Shown piece by piece: positions 1 to 12,779 of a DNA stretch of 64,000 nucleotides; positions within the stretch are counted from its first letter, which is position 1; each line of letters opens with the position of its first letter. The translations under genes were made by a program, and so were the position numbers. Source of the DNA: Chiloscyllium plagiosum (Eukaryota); NCBI RefSeq assembly GCF_004010195.1, contig NC_057718.1:72672674-72736673 (forward strand), in the 5' to 3' direction. The notes beneath the pieces were generated by a model. That model had not been told where the DNA came from. It ran no database searches and worked only from the letters and a program-made list of their open reading frames with translations.

Positions 1-449
1 TATTGGTGCAGAGTGCCATAACTTTTATATCAGCTTTTATTTGCAATACATGCCCACCTTAAGTGGGTGGAACAGGTAGGTAAAGTGGTTAAGAAGTCAT
101 ATAGGATAATTAAGAAATTTGTGCAGCTGAACACAAAAGCCAATCTAAAGAAATCTACAGAGAAAGGCTGACATCTAAAAATGACAACTGGGTTTGAAAG
201 TGATTTGCTGTAAATTTTAAAGAGAATTTATCAGACCAGTATTGTACATTGGAAGGTAAAAGATAGGTTTGGGAGAAAGGAGTTGTAAATAGCTGTTGGT
301 TTAATGTTCTCTGTTGGACCTAAAGAATAAAATTATTAATTTTTACTTTAAATAGTGACATCTGTGATAGTTCTTTGCCTCTCTAAATTTAACAGATTAC
401 AGCACGAGGTGAACTTCTCTATGTGTCGGGTTTAAATTAGCATGTCATA

Positions 450-810
450 ACACTGTCACCCAAGCTGTTCCAGTATAGACACAACACTGGCACTTACTGA
501 CAATGTGGAACATTGCCCAGGTAAGTCCTATACAAATCCAACCAAGCCCCTTACCACGCCATCAGTCAACTGTCCATCATCAGCAAAGTGATGAAAGGGA
601 TGATCAACAATGCTAGCAAGTGACACTTGCAAAGGAAAAATCTGGCCATTGACGCTCAATTTGGATTTCATGAGGACTACACAGCTCCTGACTTCATTCC
701 CATCTTGGTTAAAACATGAACAAAAGAGCTTAATCCTGGAGGGTCAGTGAAAGTGACTACCTTGACATCAAGACTGAACTTCAAGTGTGGCATTAAAAAA
801 ACCCTAACAG
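450..810 (+). mobile_element. Old non-LTR retrotransposon RT fragment (CR1/L2 group)
   Basis: Decayed RT-like reading (PISQLSIISKVMK..., QFGF...). Confidence 0.55.
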
Positions 811-819
811 GGTCTTACA

Positions 820-3800
820 TCAAGGGAGCTAGGCAGCAGATTAAAAAGTAGGACTTCAATGGTCATAATCACTGGACTATTTCTGGTACAAAGTGGTCAG
901 AGTTTAGAAATAGGAAACCAGGACAGATGAATGCATGGCTCAAAGGTTTGTGCAAGGGAAAAGGTTTTAGATTCCTGGATTAATGGAACCATTTTTGAGG
1001 AAGGTGGAGCATAAACAAAGAGGACTCTGCACCTGAACCACATTGGGACCAACATCCGTGCAGCTAGGTTTGCTCGTGCTGCTGAGTTTAAATTATTCTG
1101 ACAGAATATTGATGAAACAGAGTCACATCATGCTACAGCAAAGGATGCGAGTAACAGTGAGCTCAGCTGTGTTGGTTGTCAAGGGGGTACAGAAGGCTGG
1201 ATAGTCTTTAAGGCTTGGAGTGTAATAGGTAAGACTATTTAGTTAATGGCATGGCTTCACACATGGAAATAGGATATTGTAGCCATCACAGAAACATGGT
1301 TGAGGGAAGGGCTGAACTGGCAATTCAACATTTCGGGGCATAAGAATGTTTAGGAAAGACACAGTAGAGTATAGGAAGGGTGGTTACGTAGCACTATTAA
1401 TTAATGAGTTAATTACTGCAATAAGGAAAGATGATATCTTGGAAGGGTCCCCAAATGAGGCTTTGTGGTTAGGAATGTTAAGGGGGCAGCTACTTTACTG
1501 GGAACGTAATATAGGGCCTCAGAGTCAGTGGGAAGTAGAGGACCAAACATGTAGATAGTTCACAGAGGTCTGTCAGAGTAATGATCAGATTATAGTTCTA
1601 GGCGATTTCAAATTTCCCAACATAAATCAGGATAGTCATAGTGTTAAGGGTCTAAAGGAAGCAGATTTCTTGAAATGTACCCAACAGAGTTTTTCATTTC
1701 AATACACAGAAGGCCTAATAAGGAACGGCAAAGTTTTCGATCTGGTTCTCGGGAAGGAAGCCAGACAAATGTGTGATAGTGGGGGAACATTTAGGCGATA
1801 AACACCGCAACATGATACCGTTCTAATTTGTTCTGATGGCCTGCAAAGACGTCTTTGGATTTGGGGAAGGCAGATTTTATTAAAATGAAGCAGAATCTGG
1901 CCACAGTAGACTGGGAACAGCTCCTTTGGATAAGTCTATACCGGAACAATCAGGGAGCATTTAAAAAGGAGCTTGGGAAAAGTACAGATCCAACCTTTAG
2001 AGGAAAATGTAGGAACAATACGTTCAGAGAACTCTAGATGTCTAGGACAATTGAGTAGTGGAGAAGGAACAGCTTTTAGCAAGTCCAAAGGGAGCAATTC
2101 AGCTATCACCCTAGAGGAATACAGGAAATGCAGGAGGCAACTTAACAAAGCAACTGGAAGAGCAAAAGGGAGTATGAAAGAATACTTGTGTACATGATTA
2201 GGAGAAGCCTAAGATATGTTATAAGTATATGAAAGGGAAGAGGTTAACCAGGCAAAGAGTAGGGCCCATTAGGGACTAAGGGGGCAACCTGTGTGTGAAG
2301 CCACAGGATACTGGAAAGGTATTGAATGAATGCTTCTCTTCAGTCTTGAAAAGAATGTAAGTACAGAATTCAGGAAAAAGGACTGAGAGAGACACTTGCA
2401 CAGTTTGAATTAGGAAATAAGGAGCTTTTGGAGGCTCCCACAAACATAAAAATGGACAAATCCCCTGGTCCGGATGAACTGCATCCTGGTCCTTTATGAG
2501 AAGTGAAGCAGGAAATTGCAGGGGCTCTGACAAAAAAAATTAATTCCTCTCTGGCCATGGGGCAATTGCCAGAGGACTGGAGGTCGGCTAATGTTGTTCC
2601 ACTTTTTACGAAGGGTGGTAGAGATGAAACAGCAAAATTACAGACTAGTGAGTCTAACAGCAGTGGTACAGAAACTATTGCAGAAAATACTGAAGGAGTG
2701 AATTATTACCCAATTGGAAAGGCATGGGTTAATTAGGAATAGTCAGCATGGCTTTGTCAGAGTGAGATGATGTCTAGCAAATTTGTTAAAAGTCTTTGAA
2801 AATGTGATCAAGTGCTTGGGGTGAGCGAACTTCAGTTGATGTAGTTCATTTGGATTTTAGCATAGCTCTTGACGAGTCCCACATGGGAGACTGATTGAGA
2901 AGGTTAAAGCGGATAACTTGGTGAGATGGATCAGAACCTGGCTTAGTAACAGGACACAAATGGTAGTGACAGAAGGCTATTCAAGTGACGAGGCCAGTGT
3001 CTAGTGGTGTACTAAAAGGGTCAGTACTGGGACCCTTACTGTTTGTCACATACATAAATGATACAGATGAAAATGTGAGGGGAATATTCAGCAAATTTGC
3101 AGGTGACACCAAGACTAAATTTACTCATTCACAAGATGAGGGCATCACTGGCTAAGCCAGCATTTATTGCCCACCCTTAATTGCCCACATGGCAGTTAAG
3201 AGTCAACCATGTTGCTGAAGGTCTGGAGTCACATGTTGGCCAGACCAGTTAAGGATGACAGATTTTCTTTTCTAAAAGAACAACAGTGAACACGGTGAGC
3301 TTTTCCCAACAATTGGCAATGGATTCATGGTAGAGGATAATAGTGAAGAAGGTGGTTGTACAATACAGGAAGATAGAAGTGGGTTAGTCAGATGGGCTAA
3401 CCAGTGGCAAATGGTATTTAACACAGATAAATGCAAGCTGATGCACTTTGGAAGAAGAAACAAGACGACAGAGTATTTAATGAATGGCAGGACACTGGGT
3501 AGCTTATAGGAATAGAGGGATTCACAGATCCCTGAAGTCAGCAGAGCATAGGAATAGGACAGGTAAGGCAGCATATGGGAGACTTGCTTTCATCAGTTGT
3601 GGCACACAGTATAAGGGCAAGAAGGTACTGTTGGAGTTGTACAGAGTATTGGTTAAGCCACACCTGGAGCACTATGTACAGTTCTGGTCACCTCACTGCA
3701 GGAAGGATGTGACAGAACTAGAGGTACAGAATAGATTCACCAGGAGAAATAAGATGACACTAGATAGGCTTGGATTGCTTTCTTCCGAGCAGAGAAGACC

Positions 3801-4190
3801 GAGAGGGGATATGGTTGAGGTGTATAAGATTATGAGGGGCTTGGACAAGGTGAATAGAAAGCAGCTGTTCCTCCTGGTTGAGAGGTCAATCATGAGAAAG
3901 CAGACTTTAGGCAAAAGGGCAGGAGATTCACAGGAGATTTGAGAAAAGAATGTTTTCACTCAGCAGGTGTTGGAAATCTGGAATGCACTACCTGGGAAGG
4001 TAATAGAGGCTGGAAATCTTGCAATTTTTAAAAACATTTGAATGAAAATTTCAAATATCATAAATTCAATGAGATCAGACAAGTACAGGATATGGGGATT
4101 AGCTCACCTTTAGTGATTGTTATTTTGGTGCAGACTTGATGGGCCAAAGGGCCATTTCTGCACTGTATGAATCCATGAATCTGTGTGTGA
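820..4190 (+). mobile_element. Decayed near-full-length CR1 LINE (end of ORF1, APE endonuclease, RT, 3' tail), with a short insertion at ~3120-3325
   Basis: Fragment ORFs EDWRSANVVPLF, WQMVFNTDKCKLMHFG and LVKPHLEHYVQFWSPH; many stops and frameshifts. Confidence 0.9.
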
Positions 4191-5232
4191 GGGCAATGGG
4201 GAGTTTAAAGGTGATTACGGTTTTGAATAGTTGTGTTATATGCTGACTGTTTATAACATTTTTCCCACAGCCAAAATTGAATTATGTGTAATAAATAATA
4301 ACTCCTATTAAGTACAGAAACCTGGTCCATGTTTTCCATTAATCCGGGTGTGAAAATCAAATAAATTGGGAAATTTTGTGCACTTTCTGAAATCTATATT
4401 TTTTGTGACGACTCCAGGAATAAAAGGCCTTTATTTCAAGTGCAGAACCCAGTAAATCATGACTTTGAGCAATTCATCACATATGTTGAGGCATAATTGT
4501 TCAACAGACTTTTGGGGCTCAATTGTTTAATATTGCTGTTCTAAACCTGTTTCCTGCTGTGATGTCCAGGCTCTTCTACAGGTGTTTTCATCCTTATCTT
4601 TCCTACCTGCAATTCTTCCCACCTACATCCAGTACCAGGGTGATCTCACAACACTGCAATCAAGCCCTTTAGTCTTTTGTGAGACCGTGGACCAACTTAG
4701 ACTTTCTCTACTTCAAAGCCTTCCTCGTATACCCCCAACTTTCCTTCAAACTCAGCAGTTTTTCCACCCTCACAGATAGCCTTTCAATATGAATATCATT
4801 AAACATAGCGCTGTGAACAAATAATTTGCTAATATTATTGAATACATTATTAGAAACGCAGGCAAATAAGAGATGCCAGGTGCTCCAGTTTCTCCTATTA
4901 CTTTACATTATGCTTTTGCAATAGTTTGATGTTAAAGCCAGAATGCCATCTGCAAATATAACCTTTAATTATAAGTATGCAGCCTGTTAATAAATCTGCA
5001 CCATTGTATTGATGGTACATTCATCAATGTCTGGAAACACAAGTTAGAGCATATTATTTCATGCAGGATTTACAGGCTATGTTGCAAATCAAACTTGATC
5101 TCCATCATCTGTACACTACTCCAGCCTCACCCATATCACCTCCCTACAACATGCACTGCAGTAATTCACCAAGACTCCTTTTACAGCATCTTCCAAAACT
5201 TCAACTTCTACCACCCAGAGGGTCAAGAGAAG

Positions 5233-7155
5233 ATAGAACATAGATGCGCTGACCTGTGAACTATTCTCAGCTCGTCCCCCTACACTATCCCAAAATCATC
5301 CATGTGCTTATTTAAGGGTTGTTTAAATCTCCCTAATGTCGTGAGTTGACTACCTTAGCAGGTATGGCATTCCACGCCCTTAGCACTCTCTGCGTAAAGA
5401 ACCTGCCTCTGACATCTGTCTTAAATCTATCACCCCTCAATTTGTAGTTATACCCCCTCATACAAGCAGACGTCATCATCCTGGGAAAAAGACTTTCACT
5501 ATTTACTCTATCTAATCTTCTGATCATCTTGTATGTCTCTATCAAATCCCCTCTTAGCCGCCTTCTTTCCAATGAGAACAGACCCACGTGTCTCAGCATT
5601 TCCTCATAAGACCTTCCCTCCAGACCAGGCAACATCCTGGCAAATCTCCTCTGCATCTTTTCCAATGCTTCCACATCCTTCCCGAAATACGTACACAATA
5701 TTCCAAGTGTGGTCGCACCAGCGTTTTGTACAGTTGCAGCATGATGTTGCAGTTCCGGAACTCAACCCCTCTACCAATGAAACCTAACACACCGTATGTC
5801 TTCTTAACAGCACTATCCACCGGTGGCAACTTTCAGGGATCTATGCACATGGACTCCAAGATCCCTCTGCATATCCACACTACCAAGAATCTTTCCACTG
5901 ACCCAGAACTCTGCCTTCCTGTTATTCTTCCCGAAGTGCATCTCCTCACATTTAACTGCATTGAACTTCATTTGCTACCTCTCAGCCCAATTCTGCAGTT
6001 TAACCAAGTCCCCCTGCAACCTGTAACATTCTTCCAAACTGTCCACTACTTCACCGACTTTAGTGTCGTCTGCAAACTTACTAATCCATCCACCTATGCC
6101 TGCGTCTAAGTCATTTATAAAAATGACAAACAGCAGTGGTCCCAAAACAACCCTTGTGGCACACCGCTAGTAACCGGACTCCAGGCTGAATAATTTCCAT
6201 CAACCACCACTTGCTGACTTCTTCCAGAAAGCCAGTTTCTAATCCAAACTGCTAAATCACCTTCAATCCCATGCCTCTGCATTTTCTCCATCAGCCTACC
6301 ATGTGGAACCATATCAAAGGCTTTACAGAAGTCCATCTATACCACGACAACTGCCCTACCCTCATCTACATGCTTGGTCACCTTCTCAAAAAACTCAATG
6401 GGGTTTGTGAGACACTACCCTGCCCTTGACGAAACCATGTTGACTATCTGAAATCAAATTGTTGCTTGCTAGATGATTAAAAATCTTATCTCTTATAATC
6501 CTTTCCAAAACATTTCCTACAACAGAAGTAAGGCTCACTGGTCTATAATTACCTGGGTCTTCTCTACTGCCCTTCTTGAACAAGGGCACAACATTTGCAA
6601 TCCTCCAGTCCTCTAGTACTAAACCTGTAAACAATGACGACTCAAATATCAAAGCCAAAGGCTCTGCTATCGCCTCCCTAGCTTCCCAGAGAATCCTCGG
6701 ATAAATCCCATCCAGCCCAGGGGGCTTGTCTACTTTCACTCCTTCTAGAATTGATAACAACTGTGCGTAACTACCCTCGATCCTTTCTAGTCTAATATCT
6801 CGTACCTCATTCTTCTCCTCTACAATATTCTCCTTTTCCTGAGTGAAAACCGATGAGAAATGTTCATTTAGCACCTCTCCGATCTCCAGAGTCCACACTC
6901 AACTTCCCACTTCTGTCTTTGACTGGCCCTATTCCTACCCTAATCATCCTTTTATTCCTCACATACCTATATAGAAAGCTTTAGGGTTCTCCTTTATTCT
7001 ATTTGCTAAAGACTGCTCGTGTCCTCTCTTTGCTCTTCTTAACTCTGTCTTTAAATCCTTCCTTGCTGATCTGTAACTCTCCATCGCTGCATCTGAACCA
7101 TCTTGCCTCATCAACACATAAGCCTCCTCCTCCTCCTTCTTCTTCTTAACAGAAG
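5233..7155 (-). mobile_element. 5'-truncated CR1 LINE (ORF2 RT and 3' end), inserted in an older repeat
   Basis: ORFs 6395..6898 (EDWRIANVVPLFKKG...PGNYRPVSLTS...QHGF), 6115..6336 and 5333..5698. Confidence 0.92.
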
Positions 7156-7469
7156 AATGGGAACACCAAAGTTTCCCACAACATGACACACTGACCTGAC
7201 TTGGAACAATTTCACTGTTCTTTTACTGTCACTGGTTCAAAGTTGATCACAGAACAGTACAGTACGGGAACAGGCTCTTCAGCCCACCATGTCTGCGCCA
7301 ACCATAATGCCATTCTAAATTAATCCCATCGCCCACACTTGGTCCATATCCCACTATTTCACTGCCTATTAATGTGTCTCTTTAAATGCATCTTAAACTT
7401 TTCCATTGTATCTGCTTCTACAACATCCTCTGGCAGTTTTCCAGGTGTCTACTATCCTCCGTAAAACTA

Positions 7470-10035
7470 AGAGCACGATAGACACATGATAGTACAATGA
7501 CGTTGCTATAACAGAAACTTTGCTAAAGAAGGGGCAAAATTGGCAGTTCAATACTCTTGGGTATAGAGTTTTCAGGCAGGAGGGGGAGGGTAGCAGGAAC
7601 AGGGTTTTGGTTAAAGAATTACAGTCATGAGAAGGGATAATATATTAAATGGGTTAGCAAATATTGCTTTGTGGTTTGACTTTGGGAATAAAAATGGAGC
7701 AGTCACACTACTTGGAGTGTATTACAGACTCCCAAATGGTGAGAGGAAGATAGCCGAACATATGTGTAGACAAATTTCTGCCTGTAGGAAGAGAGCAATA
7801 CAGTAAGAGACTTCAACAATCCCAATATCAACTGGGTTTCAAACAATGTAAGAGGCATTGACAGTGACAAATTCATGCACTGTGTCCAGGAATTTCTTCT
7901 TTATAATGACAAGCCCAATGACAGGAGATGCAATTTTGGATTTAGTTTTGTGAAATGAAAATGGCCAAGTGGGTGAAGTGACATTGGCTGACCGTATCAG
8001 GGTTGGTGATCACAGTTTAGTTAGATTCAGTGTTATTACGGAAAAGGACAGAGATAGATCAGGAATTTTAAAAAGGTTTTAATAAGAGAAAGGCAAGTAT
8101 TACAAGACTGAGAAATTATTTAGCTAAGGTGGACTAGGCAGGGCTGATAAAGATAAAATAGTGGTAACCCAGGCACTAAAAAGCAAGATCCTTAGGGCAC
8201 AGAAGAGACATGCTCCCTCCAATAATATGAATGATAGTGCCAAATCTAGACCCCTATGGTTGCCTAGAAAAATAAAGGGGAAGAGTAAACAAAAAAAAAA
8301 AGCTTGTGCTAGTCACTGCAGATAGCATAGAAGTATAAAGTTTAAAAAAAAGGAAATCAAAGAGAGGGCAAGTTAAAAAATTAGCAAGCAACAGAAAAAC
8401 CCAAAAATGTTTTACCAGTATATAAGGACCAAAAGGGTGGTTAAGGAAAACATGGGACCAACAAAAAGGATAATATGGATATAGTAATCCAATGGGAGCA
8501 GTGTGAAATATTGGACAAGATATTGAGAGAGAAAGTATTGGAGGATATGTTGCCAAGGCTGGATAGATTTCTCCCCAGATATTGAAGGGGATAGCAGATG
8601 CTCGGAGGATTATTTTCCAATCTTCACTAGACACAGGTGAGGCAGCTAAGGACTGGAGGAATCTAAATGTTGTTCTGCTGTTTAAAAAGGGTGCAAAAGG
8701 AAATGGCAAACAATTATAGGCCAGTTAGGTTTACCTTGGTTGTGGGCTAATTGTTAGAATAAATCCTGAGAGATTCAAGCAACTGTCACTTAGAAAGACA
8801 TGGACTAGTCAAAGATAATCAGCATGGCTTTGTTAAGGGAATTTCATACCTTACAAATTTGATTGAATTCTTTGAGCAAGTTACAAGGATGATTGATAAG
8901 GGTAGTGCAGTAAATGCTGTCTATATGTATTTTGATAAGGCACACTTGTTACTTGTTTTATACAATGAATGATTTGGACTTTAAGTTGGGGGTCACAATT
9001 GGGAAATTTGCAGCAAAAATTGGCCATGTAGTAGATAGTGTAGAAGACAGGTGTAAGCTCCAAAATGATTACGATAAGTTGGTGGAGTCAGCAGCAAAAT
9101 GGCAGATGGAGTTCAATGCTGTTAAATGTGAGGTAATGCATTCAGGGAAATCAAACAGCATACACAATAAATGGGAATGTACTGAGAGAGGTGAGAGATC
9201 ATGGCATGGAAGTGCACATTCCCTAAAAGTGCCAGTACAGGTAGAAAAAATTGTAAAGTAGGTACATGGAATACCCACCTACTTTAGCAAGGTATATAAG
9301 ACAATATTAGGGACATGTTGATGAAACTGGTGAGGTCACAACTGGAGTACTGTGTGCAGTTCTGGTCACCATTTTACAGGAAAGACATAATTGGTCTGCA
9401 GAGAATGCAGAGAAGATACACTAGAATGTTGCTAGGGCTGGAGAATTGTAGCTAGAAGGAGAGACTGGAGGGGTTGGGCTGCTTTCCTTAGAACAGAGAA
9501 GGCTGAGGGAGTGACATGATTGAGGTAGACAAAATTGTGAAGTTGAGAGTAGACAGGAGGCAACTGTTTCCCTTGACAGTGAGTCCAAAAATCAGGGGTT
9601 ATAGATTCAAGTTAAGTGGCATAAGAATTAGAATGAATATGAGGAAAATGTTTTTTTATGCAGATAATGGTAAGTGTCTAGAATTTGATGCCTGTGTTGG
9701 TGGTGGAATAGACATGCAGGAAGCTGGCAGAACACAGCAAACCAGGCAGCATCAGGCGGTGGAGAAGTCGATATTCCCGGCGTAACTCTTCTTTAGGTCT
9801 CATGTTGTGTTCTTCCAGCCTCCTGCCGATATATTGCGGATTCCATCATCTGCAGATTTTTTGTCTCTAACGGAGTTGGTGGTGGAGGCAGAGATCCTAA
9901 GCTCTTTTAAAAGGTATCTGTAACTGCACCTTAAGTGCTGTAAGGTGCAGGGGATTAGAAAGGACATCTGGTATCTTTGGGTTGGCTTAGACAAATGGCC
10001 CCCTTCTGTGTGGTTTCATTTCTATGATTCTATGA
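7470..10035 (+). mobile_element. Decayed CR1 LINE (EN-RT), with internal deletion near 8940
   Basis: ORFs 8914..9261 and 9516..9785 carry CR1 ORF2 C-terminal motifs; ends in a ttctatga-type tail. Confidence 0.85.
9708..9874. mobile_element. Short PLE-related insertion with inverted arms, inside a CR1
   Basis: 12-bp TSD gttggtggtgga (9696-9707 and 9875-9886); arms 9716-9739 and 9803-9826 are 21/24 reverse-complementary. Confidence 0.7.
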
Positions 10036-10458
10036 AGGCATGTATGCCATATGCCTTCTTTATCACTCAATCCACTTGCGTTGCGACTTTCACGGATCCT
10101 GGAACTCTCTCCTGAACAACAGTGTGGATATACCTACATCCCAGTATGCAGTTGTGGTTCAAGAAGGCAGTTCATGCCGCCTTCGCTCGAGCAATTAGGA
10201 ACGGACAATAAATGCTGGCTTATTCAGTAACAGTCACATCCCACGAACTCGTAAGAAAAAACACACAGGCTGCAGTTTATGCTGCAACACAATGAAATTA
10301 GAAACAAGGTAGATATTCACTAATCAGAAGAAATGGTTTTGTATAGTACTGCAACCACTCTACAATGTTATATCAGCCATGTTACTTTATAAATATTGGT
10401 GGCAATGACGTAAGTATAAAGTATTTTCTCATTCTGCATATCATGCATGAGATCTTAC

Positions 10459-11077
10459 CGGTTTCTGATTTATTGCTATGGGCTGAAGATGCTAGACTTC
10501 CTTCTGCAATGTAAACAGGAAAACTGGAACATTCAAAGAAAAGCTGGCATGCAGCAGTGAATGCATGATGATAGTCTTTTGAATTCTGTTGTTGCTCTGT
10601 TGTTTGAAATGTTGCATCACCTTGGTCACCAAGGTCACTGCCACTAGTCTGGCATCTGTCTTTGCACAAATCCATCTGAAATCCTGTTGCAAATGCCCGG
10701 CAAATAATTTCATTGGGAATAATATAAAGAGTAATAAACTGGGTCAAAAACTGCTCAAAGTACTCCAGACAATACTGCATTGTTGTCTTTTGAGAAGTAC
10801 CCACAGACACAGCCACTTTAGCCTCTTGGGATCTTGATGATGGTATCATTGTGTCTTCAGACCCAATGGTGGAAGCAGTTTCCGTTTCTGAGGCAGCACT
10901 GCCCTGTGGCAATAACCCAGAATCCTGACTCTCACCTAGTACTTTGTCAATGTCATCATTCTTGTCGGCCTGATACTGCACAAACTCTGTAAAACCACTT
11001 TCAGATGACTGACTGCTAGGAGGATTTTCACCATCTTCAAACACATCACCAGAAGTCCCAAGATTGGATGATGAAAT
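10459..11077 (-). CDS. DOP1A: DOP1A coding exon (619 nt): ISSSNLGTSGDVFEDGENPPSS...AACQLFFECSSFPVYIAEG...SET
   Basis: Lies within ORF 10382..11095; acceptor tttaaacag| and donor ACCG|gtaaga. Confidence 0.95.
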
Positions 11078-12271
11078 CTGTTTAAAAGAAATCAACTGAT
11101 TGAAAATCTAAAAAAGATAATTTTCAAAATAAAATTTTCTGATCGATGCAATTCTGCAATGAAAATTTAATTTTTGAGATATCCCACTTCTTGAGTGGAC
11201 AAGTTCCCTAGAAGATGCTTCAAAGATAACAAGTGCATCAGTTAAAGCTATTTTATTTTTCTTACATCTTTATGACTCTCTGACTCTACTAGAATTTCAT
11301 TGCAATAATCATGCATCATAAAGTAAAGGTAATGATGGTGTTCTAGTATGAAGTACTTTTTAAGTTCATCAGAATTTTCTTTCTTGGTGTGGTAAAATTA
11401 ATACTATAGCCCATATGAAAACCACACAATCAATATGACTAGTATCATTGTTGATGACATCTTTTGAGCAAAAAATGTCAGGGATTATAAAATCTGACAA
11501 GGACACTTCCTGATTACTGAGTACTTTCAGCTGTTGTTGTTTAGGTTTCAGATTTGTAGCAGCAAAATTTTAACTTTGAATCTATTGTTACCCAACTATT
11601 GCAGTATGCTTTGCCAAAAACATCACAAATCCCACTTTCCTTCTTACCATTTGCTGCCCTCCTCCACCAGCCCATACAGTTCCCTGTGATATTCTGGGAC
11701 ATTATTCATGATCAAGACTTCTGGCAAACATCTGATTTATTTCAATAAAACAGGAGCCATTTGTAACAAAAGTGAAAGCTTCTTCTAGGTTAACATTGCC
11801 CTTACGTAAAACACAGAAACTTAAAAAAAGACTTGTTGGGTATATTCAGAGAAATGCTGAAATATCTAAACCAGAAAAAAAGGGTTTCAGTAAGTTAATC
11901 TCAACCTAGGGGAGCAATAGGGTTGCTATCATCAGCCTCACTGCCACTGGATTGGTGGTAAAAGGGAGATCAAGTTGGGTTCCTGTTCTGATCCACTAAA
12001 AAGTATTATGAAAGCCCAAAAGTAAGGAAGTTCCAATCTGTTATTGGACTGCCAAGGATCATTCTACTTGTAATTTGTAGAATTTTTAATATTGGGGGTG
12101 GGCTGTGATTTCTTAATTTAATCCTGCTCTCAATTCAATATTGACCCCAGTTTACATTGTGTGAATGTGCCTTTTTTTGGACATTAGGATCATGAAAAAA
12201 GTTCAACACTACATTCAAACTAACATTTAATCAAAACTGCATCAAAACACACAACAGAAAAATACATGTAC

Positions 12272-12502
12272 CTTTTGAACTTCTTTCTGTTGGACAAAGC
12301 TGGTGCTTCCTGGAAATTGCAATTTACACTCTGCCCCAGGTGATAGCAAGGGTGGCTGCACTTTACTAAGTATCTTTGAACACAGCTTTAAGCAATCAGT
12401 GAGTTCAGACAGGCATAAAGCTGGCAAGTGGCTTGTCAGGCCAGATATCATTCGCAGTAGCAACTGGGGTAAATGTTCAGTTTGAATCTCAATGTAGGTC
12501 TC
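12272..12502 (-). CDS. DOP1A: DOP1A coding exon (231 nt): ETYIEIQTEHLPQLLLRMISGLTSHL...SKVQPPLLS...QKEVQK
   Basis: Overlaps ORF 12242..12463; acceptor ccattag| and donor AAG|gtacat. Confidence 0.95.
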
Positions 12503-12779
12503 CTAATGGGCAAAAACATAACACAGGTAAGTGAAATATTACACTCAGTGATCTATTGATGTACAAGCTGACTGCACCAACAAAGCAGAAACAAATTGGT
12601 GGATCCCAACTTGCTGTTTAAAAGAGCACAAGAGATATTCTGGAATAAAAATAGAAAATGCTGGAAATATTCAGTAATCTGACAGCCTGTGTAGAAGCAG
12701 ATGATTCAGGTTAATTGGAACATTCCAAATACAAATGCAAGGTCACAACCTGAAATGCTGTGTTTCTCTTCTCAAAGAC

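Noticed and set aside
1..10458. Next DOP1A exon downstream (and the preceding exon above 55787)
   Set aside because: I searched by eye for the expected peptides and did not find them; they presumably lie outside the window.
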